Below are positions 47,142-56,206 of a DNA stretch of 64,000 nucleotides, in pieces. The notes below the pieces were generated by a model, which was not told the DNA's origin, searched no databases, and was given only the letters and a program-made list of their open reading frames with translations. The first letter of the stretch is position 1, and each line of letters opens with the position of its first letter. Both the position numbers and the translations under genes were made by a program. Source of the stretch: an uncultured Bacilli bacterium (GTDB lineage: Bacteria > Bacillota_I > Bacilli_A > RF39 > UBA660); the NCBI GenBank assembly GCA_934096705.1, contig CAKOMR010000002.1, forward strand, positions 68,383-132,382. Reading direction: 5' to 3'.

Positions 47142-48138
47142 AGATATTAGCAAAATAATAACAAATGCTTTACAAGTTAATAAAGATAAATTAAGTGAAA
47201 ATATAAAGTCAATAATTATGCAAATGAAAAAAGCTTTTGAAAGCAATAAGAAAATTATTGAACAGGCAAATTCTATTGATCAAAAAAATAATAATGGCTT
47301 TATTTTAGACTTTAATGTTATTGATAATATATTTACTGATTTAAAAGAAGAAAATATATTTTATGGTGATGTTATTCTTTCTCAAAAAGATGAAAATAAA
47401 AATATTATATATGGAACTCAAATAATGGATTATGGAAATGTAATTGTTATTACTGATGGTAATCCATATATTACTATTGAAATGGCCATTAGAAATATAA
47501 TGGCTGGTAATACAACAATTTTTGTAAACGAAGGTTTTATGTTTGGCACTAATCAATTATTAATTCAAATAATACAAAGTGTTTTAGAAATATTCAGTTT
47601 GTCTAAAAATTTAATTCAAATGTATGTATCTGAAAGTTTTGACGAGGTATTAGCAAATTTTTCTAATATCGATTTAGTAGTTTGCATAGGTAATCATAAT
47701 TTACAAAATCTAGTTTTAAATAAATCAAAAAACAAAACTATTGTTAGTGGGTATGAAAACTTTGACTTGTATATTGAGGATGCAACTCATATAGACTTTC
47801 TTAATAAAATGCTTGATACTGGACTAAATATTCAAGTATATATAAATAGTGATATTAATTTAGATTATCCTAATGCTATAATAGTTAGTGATATCGAAGA
47901 AGCAATTGCTCAAATTAATTACAATGGAAGTAGGTATAGTTCTGCTATATTTACTGCTGAAACAAAAAATGCTTCTAAATTTATTAAAGAAGTAAAATCA
48001 AAAATAGTAACAGTTAATACTAGTCCCACTATAGAAAGAATATTAGATATAAAACAAACGGACTTAATAAATAAAAAAACTATAATATATCCATTCAGCT
48101 TTAAATTAGATGGTAATAATGAAAAAATACAATTATAG
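47131..48138 (+). CDS. ProA (gamma-glutamyl-phosphate reductase)/ALDH-fold-like protein, apparently catalytically degenerate
   Basis: Collinear resemblance to ProA: GNVIVITDGNPYITIEMAIRNIMAGNTTIF vs G..Y.ARPNVT.D...L.LK.GNA.ILRGG; IDLVVCIGN vs IDL.IPRGG; YNGSRYSSAIFT...VTVNTSP vs HGS.HS.AI.T...VYVNASTRF. About 335 aa with a single Cys. ATG at 47131 overlaps the giant ORF's stop. Confidence 0.6.
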   Translation: MEDKDISKIITNALQVNKDKLSENIKSIIMQMKKAFESNKKIIEQANSIDQKNNNGFILDFNVIDNIFTDLKEENIFYGDVILSQKDENKNIIYGTQIMDYGNVIVITDGNPYITIEMAIRNIMAGNTTIFVNEGFMFGTNQLLIQIIQSVLEIFSLSKNLIQMYVSESFDEVLANFSNIDLVVCIGNHNLQNLVLNKSKNKTIVSGYENFDLYIEDATHIDFLNKMLDTGLNIQVYINSDINLDYPNAIIVSDIEEAIAQINYNGSRYSSAIFTAETKNASKFIKEVKSKIVTVNTSPTIERILDIKQTDLINKKTIIYPFSFKLDGNNEKIQL

Positions 48139-48175
48139 AAAAATCTAATAAGTAATATGCTTATTAGATTTTTTA
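48139..48175 (+). terminator. intrinsic terminator closing the cargo operon, inside the element
   Basis: AAATCTAATAAG-taatatg-CTTATTAGATTT followed by a T-run. Confidence 0.85.
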
Positions 48176-48187
48176 TTGTTATAATTG

Positions 48188-48212
48188 GTGTCCACATTAC
48201 ATTCAAGCAACT
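48188..48212. repeat. right junction (att): element arm GTGTC-N5-TACATTCAA + core AGCAACT
   Basis: See the left junction. Joining the two ends gives GTGTC-N5-TACATTCAA-N8-TTGAATGTA-N5-GACAC. Confidence 0.8.
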
Positions 48213-48622
48213 CTTTGTTTCATGCCACCAGATAAAGATGCCGGATATTTATCCATAAAATCTTTTAATCCGTACGTAGTTAGTAAATTTTTTACATATT
48301 CAACATTTTCCTTTGTATCTATTTTTTTAATTTTTAAGCCTAAAATTGCATTTTCAAATATATTTAAATAGGGAAGAAGAGCATCCTCTTGAAGCATATA
48401 TCCTATAATTGGTTTTTCTTTAGAAAAAATCATTTTTCCATTATAATTTTCAAGTCCTGCAATAATGTTTAATAAGGTTGATTTACCACAACCAGATGAA
48501 CCGACAATTGCAATAAATTCATTTTCAAACACATCAAAAGAGATATCATCTATAGCATTTACTTCACCCTTGGGTGTATTAAAAATTTTGTTAATATTTT
48601 GTAAACTTAAAAGTGGTTTCAT
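48203..48622 (-). pseudogene. ABC transporter ATP-binding protein, N-terminal fragment (Walker A to signature motif), truncated by the insertion
   Basis: LSLQNINKIF...GSSGCGKSTLLN (Walker A)...[10 protein letters not shown], then TGA contributed by element sequence. ATG at 48622 behind AGGTGA (track start 48631). Confidence 0.88.
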
Positions 48623-48721
48623 TTTCATCACCTATGATATTTTATTCAACTAATAAATTATGAACTATTGAAATAGTTTAGAAGTATATTTAAAAAATTT
48701 AATAATTATGTTATATTTATA

Positions 48722-50350
48722 ATGGTGATGATAGTGAAATCAATTTATATATTTGGACATAAAAATCCTGATACTGACTCAGTTTGTAGTGCAATTGCCC
48801 TTGCATATTTAAAAAATGCACAAAATATTAATGCGACAGCAAAAGTTATAGGGCAAATTAATAATGGAACAAAATATGTTTTAGATTATTTTAATGTGCC
48901 AATTCCTTCTTATATAAATGATGTAAAAGTCCAAATAAAAGATTTGAAATATGAAAAGGGTGCTTTTATAAATGAAAAAGCAAGTATTGGTAATACTATC
49001 AGATTTATGCGTCAAAAAGATCTAAATGCAATTCCTATTGTAAATGACAAAAATATTTTAACAGGTTATGTAAATCTTAAGGATATAGTAAATTATTTAG
49101 CGTTAACTCCAGAAATTGTTCTAGACACATCGCTTGAAAATATAGTAACACTACTTGATGCAAAAGTATTATGTAATCCGATAGAAAATGTAAAAGGACA
49201 TATAAAATATATAACTTGTTCTAATGAAGAATTTGTTAAAAATCAAGATTTAGATGAAGATACTATTTTAGTAGTAGGAGATCGTTATCATATAATAGAA
49301 AGTGCTTTAAACAAAAAAGTTAAGATGATTATTTTGACTAAAAATAGAACTATTTCTCAAAGATTAATTAGAAAAGCACAAAAAAATAATGTTTGCGTTA
49401 TAAACAGTCCAAATTCTACGGCATCACTTTGTACTTTGTTACCAAATACAAATTTTATTAAAAATTTAAATACAAATTCAAATAATTTAACTACAGTAAA
49501 TATTCATAGTTACTATACAGATTTTGTATCTTTATCAAAAAGAATTAGTTATACAAATTATCCAGTTATAAAAGATAATAATGAATGTTTAGGTGTTATA
49601 AAAGTTACACACATGACTGAATATGAAAAGAAAAAAGTTATATTAGTTGATCATAATAATTATTCGCAATCTGTAGACGGGCTTGAAGAAGCAGATATAC
49701 TAGAAATAATAGACCATCATAATTTGGGGGATATTGGCACAAGCGCTCCAATAACATTTTTGTGTAAGCCAGTTGGATGTACTGCTACAATTATATATGA
49801 ACAATTTAAAAAAGAAAAAATTAAAATTCCTCATGATATAGCGGGATTATTACTTTCTGCGGTTATATCTGATACACTTCTTTTTACATCACCAACAACT
49901 ACGAAAGATGATATTACTGCTGCAAATGAATTAGCAAAAATAGCTAAAGTTGATATAAATGAATATGGAATAAAAATGCTTAAAGCCGCAAGTTCAATTA
50001 AGGGATTAACGATAAGTGAATTAATTCATCAAGACTTTAAAACATATACAATTAATAATAAAAACTATGGTATAGCGGTTATTACTACAATGGATTTTGA
50101 TGAAATAGAAAAAGATATGGACAAATATATTGCCAAATTAGATGAAATGAGTCAGAATAATTTTAAAGCAGTTTTAATATTTATAACAGACATATTAAAA
50201 AAAGGAAGTTATGTAATTTATAATGAAAATAGTAAAAATTTAGTAAAAAATGCATTTAATTTAAAAGATGTAAATGAAGGAGAATTTTTACCAGGATTAA
50301 TATCTAGAAAAAAACAAATACTACCTGCAATAATGAAAGTAGTGGATTAA
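48722..50350 (+). CDS. ppaC: CBS-domain-containing family II (DHH/DHHA2) inorganic pyrophosphatase
   Basis: IFGHKNPDTDS, inserted CBS pair, VDHHNLGD, and the DHHA2 C-terminus. The start is ambiguous (ATG 48722/48728 or GTG 48734 behind GGTGA). Confidence 0.8.
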   Translation: MVMIVKSIYIFGHKNPDTDSVCSAIALAYLKNAQNINATAKVIGQINNGTKYVLDYFNVPIPSYINDVKVQIKDLKYEKGAFINEKASIGNTIRFMRQKDLNAIPIVNDKNILTGYVNLKDIVNYLALTPEIVLDTSLENIVTLLDAKVLCNPIENVKGHIKYITCSNEEFVKNQDLDEDTILVVGDRYHIIESALNKKVKMIILTKNRTISQRLIRKAQKNNVCVINSPNSTASLCTLLPNTNFIKNLNTNSNNLTTVNIHSYYTDFVSLSKRISYTNYPVIKDNNECLGVIKVTHMTEYEKKKVILVDHNNYSQSVDGLEEADILEIIDHHNLGDIGTSAPITFLCKPVGCTATIIYEQFKKEKIKIPHDIAGLLLSAVISDTLLFTSPTTTKDDITAANELAKIAKVDINEYGIKMLKAASSIKGLTISELIHQDFKTYTINNKNYGIAVITTMDFDEIEKDMDKYIAKLDEMSQNNFKAVLIFITDILKKGSYVIYNENSKNLVKNAFNLKDVNEGEFLPGLISRKKQILPAIMKVVD

Positions 50351-50412
50351 AAAGTTTATTTTCTAGACTTTTTTTCTCAAATAGACTATACTAAGTTAAG
50401 TAGGTGAAATAA

Positions 50413-51294
50413 GTGCACAAGAAAATAATTAATATAGCTATTACGTTTATAATAATTTTATTAATAATATTGTTACCAGTTTTATTTGGCAGACCTTCTG
50501 AAGCAAGTGTTAAATATGGTATTGGTAAAGAACTTGACGAAAATGGTAATAAAACCGGTTGGTATATATTTTATTTCAAATTAGATGATACAGAAAAATT
50601 TAATAGTTTAAAATTTAGTATTAAGCAAAAAAATGTTGATATTAAAAAAATTGAATACGAATACGGCTTTTTTCAAACAGATTATAAGGTTTCAAGCAAA
50701 GAAAACATTTTTACAATAAGTTCAAATACAACTGTAACTTCTTCTGATGGCAAAAATATATCTTATTTAGATGAAAATGATAAAAAAGTTACTGATAGGG
50801 TTATTATTTTAGCTAAATATTATCTAGAACCTAAAAATAGTAAAGATTTTAATTTTGAAATAACTAATGTTGAACTTAACTTAGTTCAGGCCAATTCTTT
50901 TGAACTTACAGTAACACCACAAAAGCTTAAAGGTAAAAACTCTTATGATGAAGATGAAATATTTTTAATAAATAAAGATGAATATTTTATTTATGATGTT
51001 ACAATAAAAAATGTTAGTACAATTAATACGGATACAATTATTTTAAGAGATATATTTTCAGATTATTTTAGTGATTTTAGTATTGTAGGAAGTAAAAATT
51101 ATGTCGTTGATGAAAATACGCTATTTTTAAATATTGGTAAATTTAAGGTCGGAGAAAGTAAAAGTTTTAAGATTAAAGCTAGAGTAACTGAATCAAGTGA
51201 AAAAAAACTGGGTAATAAGATATGCGTGTTTTCTGTAACTGAAATGTATGAAACTTCTTGTGAAGGAGTATATGTAAGATTAAATAATGATTAA
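50413..51294 (+). CDS. secreted/anchored hypothetical protein (beta-rich)
   Basis: GTG start behind TAGGTGA; N-terminal TM IAITFIIILLIILLPVLF. No family recognised. Confidence 0.5.
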   Translation: MHKKIINIAITFIIILLIILLPVLFGRPSEASVKYGIGKELDENGNKTGWYIFYFKLDDTEKFNSLKFSIKQKNVDIKKIEYEYGFFQTDYKVSSKENIFTISSNTTVTSSDGKNISYLDENDKKVTDRVIILAKYYLEPKNSKDFNFEITNVELNLVQANSFELTVTPQKLKGKNSYDEDEIFLINKDEYFIYDVTIKNVSTINTDTIILRDIFSDYFSDFSIVGSKNYVVDENTLFLNIGKFKVGESKSFKIKARVTESSEKKLGNKICVFSVTEMYETSCEGVYVRLNND

Positions 51295-51362
51295 TTCATT
51301 ATTTTTTTTGTCACTTAAAAGTCATTTTGTTATAATAAAATTATTTTTGAAAGAAGGAAATT

Positions 51363-52046
51363 ATGGAAATTTTAAGAGTTGAAAATCTAAGTAAAATTTA
51401 TGGAAAAGGAGTAAATAAGGTTGTTGCTTTAAATAATCTATCGTTTACTGTCCAAAAAGGAGAATTTGTTGCAATTGTTGGAGCAAGTGGTTCAGGAAAG
51501 TCCACACTTTTACATTTGATTGGTGGAGTAGATAGACCTACAAGTGGAAAAGTTTTTATAAATGATGAAGATATATATAAATTAAACAATGATAATTTAG
51601 CTATTTTTCGAAGAAGACAAATCGGGTTAATTTATCAATTTTATAATTTAATACCAATCTTAAATGTGAAAGAAAATATAGCTTTACCTTTAGAACTTGA
51701 TGGTAGAAAAGTTAATCCTGATGACGAAAAAGAAATGCTAGAACTTTTAGGCCTTGAAAATAGAAAAACTCATTTGCCTAATGAACTTTCTGGTGGACAA
51801 CAACAAAGAGTTTCAATAGGAAGAGCTCTTATAACAAGACCAGCTTTAGTTCTTGCAGATGAACCAACTGGAAATTTGGATTCTAAATCTAGTGATGAAA
51901 TTGTAAATTTACTAAAGATGTCTAATAAAAAGTATAATCAAACAATTATTATGATTACTCATAATATGGAAATTGCTAAAATGGCTGATAGAATAATTAA
52001 AATTGAAGATGGTAAAATCGTGGGTGACACTAATGAAAGAGCTTAA
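51363..52046 (+). CDS. ABC transporter ATP-binding protein (MacB/LolD/FtsE-like)
   Basis: GASGSGKSTLL, LSGGQQQRVSIGRAL, LADEPTGNLD and ITHN. Confidence 0.9.
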   Translation: MEILRVENLSKIYGKGVNKVVALNNLSFTVQKGEFVAIVGASGSGKSTLLHLIGGVDRPTSGKVFINDEDIYKLNNDNLAIFRRRQIGLIYQFYNLIPILNVKENIALPLELDGRKVNPDDEKEMLELLGLENRKTHLPNELSGGQQQRVSIGRALITRPALVLADEPTGNLDSKSSDEIVNLLKMSNKKYNQTIIMITHNMEIAKMADRIIKIEDGKIVGDTNERA

Positions 52047-54600
52047 AAAAATAACGATTCAAAACTTAAAATTAAATAAAAAAAGGAGTATTGTAACAAT
52101 TATAGGAATTTTACTTTCAGTTGCATTAATTACGGCAGTTGCAACTATGGTAACAAGTTTTAGAGAAAGTATGATCGAATATGAAAAAAAGGTATCAGGA
52201 AATTATGAATATGCTTTTTTTGATGTTCCAAGTAGTGAAATTTCATTTTTAAAAAGTAACCGAAGTATTAGTGATTTATTTATTACAAATGAAGTAGGTT
52301 ATGCAAAGGTTGCTAGCCAAAATTTAGCTAAGCCATATGTGTATGTTATATCGATGGATAAAAAGGCTATGGATAATTTAGGGGTAAGTTTGGTAGAAGG
52401 AGCATTACCTAAAAATGATAATGAAATTGTTATTCCTACGAGTCTAAAAACTAACGGAAGGCTAGATTATAAAATTGGTGATTATATAACTTTAAATATT
52501 GGTAAAAGAGAAAGTGATGGATATAAATTAAATCAAAATAATCCTTACGATGATGAAGTTAAAGAAGAAATAACAAATATTAATACTAAGACATATAAAA
52601 TCGTAGGTATTATAAAAAGACTTGATATGGAGCCTTATACTGCACCTGGTTATACTTTAGTTACATATTCAGAAAAAGAATCGGAATTAAATAATGTTTA
52701 TGTAAGTCTTTCAAGTAGTGGCTTAAAAAATAGATACAATGTTGTCGGTGGCATAATTGGTGTATCTGGAAAAACTTTAGAAAATTTTGAAAATGGAGAA
52801 GTTAGTGACGAAATGGAAAAAGCCAAATATGATCATACAGCAAATACATATTTAATTAAAATACTAGCATCTTCATTTGATGATGGAACAATGAGAGCAC
52901 TTATTACAGTAGCTACAGTTGTAATAATAATTATCATTTTTACAAGTGTTTATTGTATAAAATCAAGTTTTAATATTTCTTATACTGAAAAAATTAAAAG
53001 TTATGCTCATCTTATAACTGTTGGTGCTACGTCAAAGCAAATTAAAAAAAGTGTTTATTATGAAAGTTTTATTTTAGGATTTATTGGAATAATATTAGGC
53101 CTTTTAGGTGGTGTTTTTGCAGCATATGTTCTTATTAAGATTGTTAATTTACTTTTAGGTAAATCATTTGTAGTCGAAGGATTTTTAATATTTAAAACAA
53201 ATTTTTTTGCAATCATAATTTCTATCATTTTAAGTTTGCTTACAATATATTTATCTAGTAGAAAAATCGCTAAAAAAGCCTCAAAAGTTTCACCAATTGA
53301 AGCATTACGAAATCCTGGTGAAATAAGTATTAAATCAAATAAAATTAAAAGTCCTAAATTAATTGATAAATTGTTTGGTGTTGGTGGAGTAATATCTTAT
53401 AAAAACATTAAAAGAAATGGTAAAAAATATCGTACAACAGTTGTGTCAATTATCTTTTGTGTTGCGGTTTATATAGGACTTTCTTATTTCATTAATTCTG
53501 CATTTACTGTTATCAAAAAAGAACTTGGTGAGTATAACTATAATATTGAGGTTATATTTAATGACGAAGATGATAAATTACGAAAAGAAAAAATTAGTCA
53601 AATAGATAACCTTGATAATATTAATAGAATTTCAATCATGAGGACTGTTTTTGTAAACACTAAAGATTTAAAATTTACTGAAAAAGCTTTAGAATATGGT
53701 TTTAGTAATGATGCTACAAGCACAGTTTCTATAAAAACACTTGGTAAAAAAGAATATGAAAGTTACTTACAAAAATTACATATTTCAGATGCTAAGGATT
53801 ATGATGCAATAATAATTAACAATTCTATATATGAAGAAAATGGTAGTAAAGTTGAGTATAACGTACTTAACTGTAAAGAAGGCGACACTTTGACTTTTAC
53901 AAATGAATCCTCAAATGCAGAAATAAAATTAACAAATATAAAAAGTACATCACAAAGACCATTAGGTCTTGAAAATAGTGGAGAAGCTCCAATAATAATT
54001 GTTAGTGATGAAACTATGGATAAAATAAATGATGCTAATATTATTAAAACTACAACCACAACAACAGTAATATATATAGATTCAAAAAATCCAGATGATA
54101 CTCAAGATGAGATAGAAAAAATGTTTCTTAATGATGATGGTATTTACATAAATAACGTAAATGAATCTGTAGAACAAATGAACTCTTTATATTTAATTGT
54201 AGCAATATTTCTTTATGGATTTATTATTGTTATTGCAATTATTGGACTTACAAACATATTTAATACAATTACAACAAATGTTAGTCTTAGAACTAGTGAA
54301 TTTGCATCTTTACGAAGTATTGGTATGACTACAAAAGAATTTAATAGAATGATATTTTTAGAAAGTTTCTTTTATTGTACAAAAGCACTTATTATAGGCA
54401 TTCCAATAGGCATAATTCTTTCGGTTATTATCCATAGAGCTCTTGTTGGCGAAATGACATTAATTTATCATTTACCTTTAAAGGGAATAACCATTAGTGT
54501 GATAGTAGTATTTATATTAATATTCTCGCTTATGAAGTATAGTACAAAAAAGGTTAATTCAAAAAATATCCTTGAAGCAATAAGAAATGAAAATATTTAA
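52033..54600 (+). CDS. ABC transporter permease with two FtsX/MacB-type modules, each preceded by a large extracytoplasmic domain
   Basis: About 856 aa. TM plus about 250-aa loop plus 3 TMs, repeated twice. ATG at 52033 overlaps the ATPase stop. Confidence 0.8.
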   Translation: MKELKKITIQNLKLNKKRSIVTIIGILLSVALITAVATMVTSFRESMIEYEKKVSGNYEYAFFDVPSSEISFLKSNRSISDLFITNEVGYAKVASQNLAKPYVYVISMDKKAMDNLGVSLVEGALPKNDNEIVIPTSLKTNGRLDYKIGDYITLNIGKRESDGYKLNQNNPYDDEVKEEITNINTKTYKIVGIIKRLDMEPYTAPGYTLVTYSEKESELNNVYVSLSSSGLKNRYNVVGGIIGVSGKTLENFENGEVSDEMEKAKYDHTANTYLIKILASSFDDGTMRALITVATVVIIIIIFTSVYCIKSSFNISYTEKIKSYAHLITVGATSKQIKKSVYYESFILGFIGIILGLLGGVFAAYVLIKIVNLLLGKSFVVEGFLIFKTNFFAIIISIILSLLTIYLSSRKIAKKASKVSPIEALRNPGEISIKSNKIKSPKLIDKLFGVGGVISYKNIKRNGKKYRTTVVSIIFCVAVYIGLSYFINSAFTVIKKELGEYNYNIEVIFNDEDDKLRKEKISQIDNLDNINRISIMRTVFVNTKDLKFTEKALEYGFSNDATSTVSIKTLGKKEYESYLQKLHISDAKDYDAIIINNSIYEENGSKVEYNVLNCKEGDTLTFTNESSNAEIKLTNIKSTSQRPLGLENSGEAPIIIVSDETMDKINDANIIKTTTTTTVIYIDSKNPDDTQDEIEKMFLNDDGIYINNVNESVEQMNSLYLIVAIFLYGFIIVIAIIGLTNIFNTITTNVSLRTSEFASLRSIGMTTKEFNRMIFLESFFYCTKALIIGIPIGIILSVIIHRALVGEMTLIYHLPLKGITISVIVVFILIFSLMKYSTKKVNSKNILEAIRNENI

Positions 54601-54601
54601 G

Positions 54602-54630
54602 ACTTAAAGATAAACTCTTTAAGTTTTTTT
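54602..54630 (+). terminator. intrinsic terminator
   Basis: ACTTAAAG-ataaact-CTTTAAGT followed by T7. Confidence 0.8.
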
Positions 54631-54683
54631 GTAAAATTGATGAAAAAAAATAAATTGTATGCTAATATATTTTTAGGAAGATT

Positions 54684-55586
54684 ATGGAAGTAGAGAAATT
54701 AGAAAATTTAAGAAAGAAAATTAAGAAAAATAGTATTATTGGTTTTATAGTAGTAGTCATAGTAAATGTAATAATAGCTATGGTTTTAAGAAAAAGTAAT
54801 ATTTTACCTTTTAAATATTATTATGTGTTACTATTTACATTAGCTATTAGTGCTATAATTGCCAGTATGTTTAACAACAAATATTATAATGAGTATACTA
54901 CTATTTATAAAAACACTTTTGTTTTGGGTGCTCTAAAAGATATTTTTAGTGATTTAAAGTATAATTTTGATGAAGGTTTTGAAGAAGAAATTTTAGAAGA
55001 AACAGATATGATTTATTTAGGAGATATCTATCACTCAAACGATTATATCGAAGGAAAATATAAAGGAATAAATTTTAAATCATCAGATGTTCACATTAAG
55101 GAAGAACATGAAACGGAAGATAGTGATGGTAATAAAAAAACAGAATATGTTACTATATTTTTTGGAAGATGGTTTATATTTGATTTTAATAAACCTTTTA
55201 AGGCGGATTTGTGTGTTACACAAATTCCACATATGTTCAGATGTTATAATAAAAAATATGAAAAAGTAAAACTTGAAGATGAAGTATTTAACAAAAACTT
55301 TTTAGTTTATGCACAAAATGAACATGAGGCGTTTTATATTTTAACTCCATCATTTATGGAAAAGTTAAAGGAATTAAGTGAAAAAATGGGAGGCCATTTA
55401 ATGTTATGTTTTACAGATAGCAAGTTATATATTGGTTTAAATAATTATAAAGATGCTTTCGAGCCAGATTTTCATAAAAAAGTTAATGAAGAAATAATAA
55501 AAAATGATATAAAAAACGATATAAAAATTATTACTGATTTTATTGAAAAGTTAGATTTAGATAATGATTTATTTAAGGAGATTTAA
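54684..55586 (+). CDS. membrane protein, DUF3137-like candidate
   Basis: Two N-terminal TMs and a 230-aa cytoplasmic domain. Immediately precedes lemA, a pairing I recall for DUF3137. The assignment is tentative. Confidence 0.4.
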   Translation: MEVEKLENLRKKIKKNSIIGFIVVVIVNVIIAMVLRKSNILPFKYYYVLLFTLAISAIIASMFNNKYYNEYTTIYKNTFVLGALKDIFSDLKYNFDEGFEEEILEETDMIYLGDIYHSNDYIEGKYKGINFKSSDVHIKEEHETEDSDGNKKTEYVTIFFGRWFIFDFNKPFKADLCVTQIPHMFRCYNKKYEKVKLEDEVFNKNFLVYAQNEHEAFYILTPSFMEKLKELSEKMGGHLMLCFTDSKLYIGLNNYKDAFEPDFHKKVNEEIIKNDIKNDIKIITDFIEKLDLDNDLFKEI

Positions 55587-55589
55587 AAT

Positions 55590-56138
55590 ATGGAAACAAA
55601 ATATATAATATTAATTATAATAGGAATTATTTTATTAATTATAATATGTAACTATATAAATACATTAAATAGTTTAAAAAAGTTATCACTTAAAGTTAAT
55701 GAAGCTTTATCTGGCATAGACGTAGCACTTTCAAAAAGGTATAATGTTTTATCAAAAATGGTGGAAACTGTTAAAGGATATACGAAACATGAAAAAGAGG
55801 TTTTATTTAAAACTATTGAAATGCGCTCTAATATGAATTTAAGTGAATTAAAAAATGCTAAAAATGATATGGATGAAAATATAAATCAAATAAATTTTGT
55901 TATAGAAAAATATCCAGAACTAAAGGCTAATGAAAATTTTTTAGCTCTTCAAAAAGCAATAATAGATGCTGAAGAGCATTTACAGGCGGCACGAAGATTA
56001 TATAATTCAAATACTTCATTATACAATGAAAAAGTTATAACATTTCCATCTTTGATTATTGCAAAGATTCACCATTTTAAACAAAAAGAATATTTTGAAA
56101 TTGAGGAAAAAGAGAAAAATATTAACATTAATTTATAA
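55590..56138 (+). CDS. lemA: LemA family protein
   Basis: N-terminal TM, then YNTLNSLK..V.EALSGIDVALSKRYN...YPELKANENFLALQ..I...E..LQAARR.YN. Confidence 0.85.
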   Translation: METKYIILIIIGIILLIIICNYINTLNSLKKLSLKVNEALSGIDVALSKRYNVLSKMVETVKGYTKHEKEVLFKTIEMRSNMNLSELKNAKNDMDENINQINFVIEKYPELKANENFLALQKAIIDAEEHLQAARRLYNSNTSLYNEKVITFPSLIIAKIHHFKQKEYFEIEEKEKNININL

Positions 56139-56206
56139 TTTTTGGAGGCATTTCATGCTTCCTTTTTAATAGACTTTTTAGTAAAATATGAAAGAAAGGA
56201 ATTTTT

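Larger units (their letters stand above)
40315..48212. mobile_element. 7,891-bp serine-recombinase integrative/intervening element inserted in the ABC ATPase gene (interval includes both copies of the 7-bp core)
   Basis: AGCAACT direct repeats at 40315-40321 and 48206-48212. The element ends form imperfect inverted repeats. Large serine recombinase at the left end. The host ORF is restored in frame if the element is deleted. Confidence 0.85.

Noticed and set aside
51786-51830. Signature-motif codons of the second ABC ATPase as a secondary attB for the element.
   Set aside because: It shares TCTGGTGG and AACAAAGAGTT with the reconstructed attB, but the 7-bp core differs (AGTTTCA versus AGTTGCT) and the flanking half-sites diverge. 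It is unlikely to be a functional target and is mentioned only as a look-alike.
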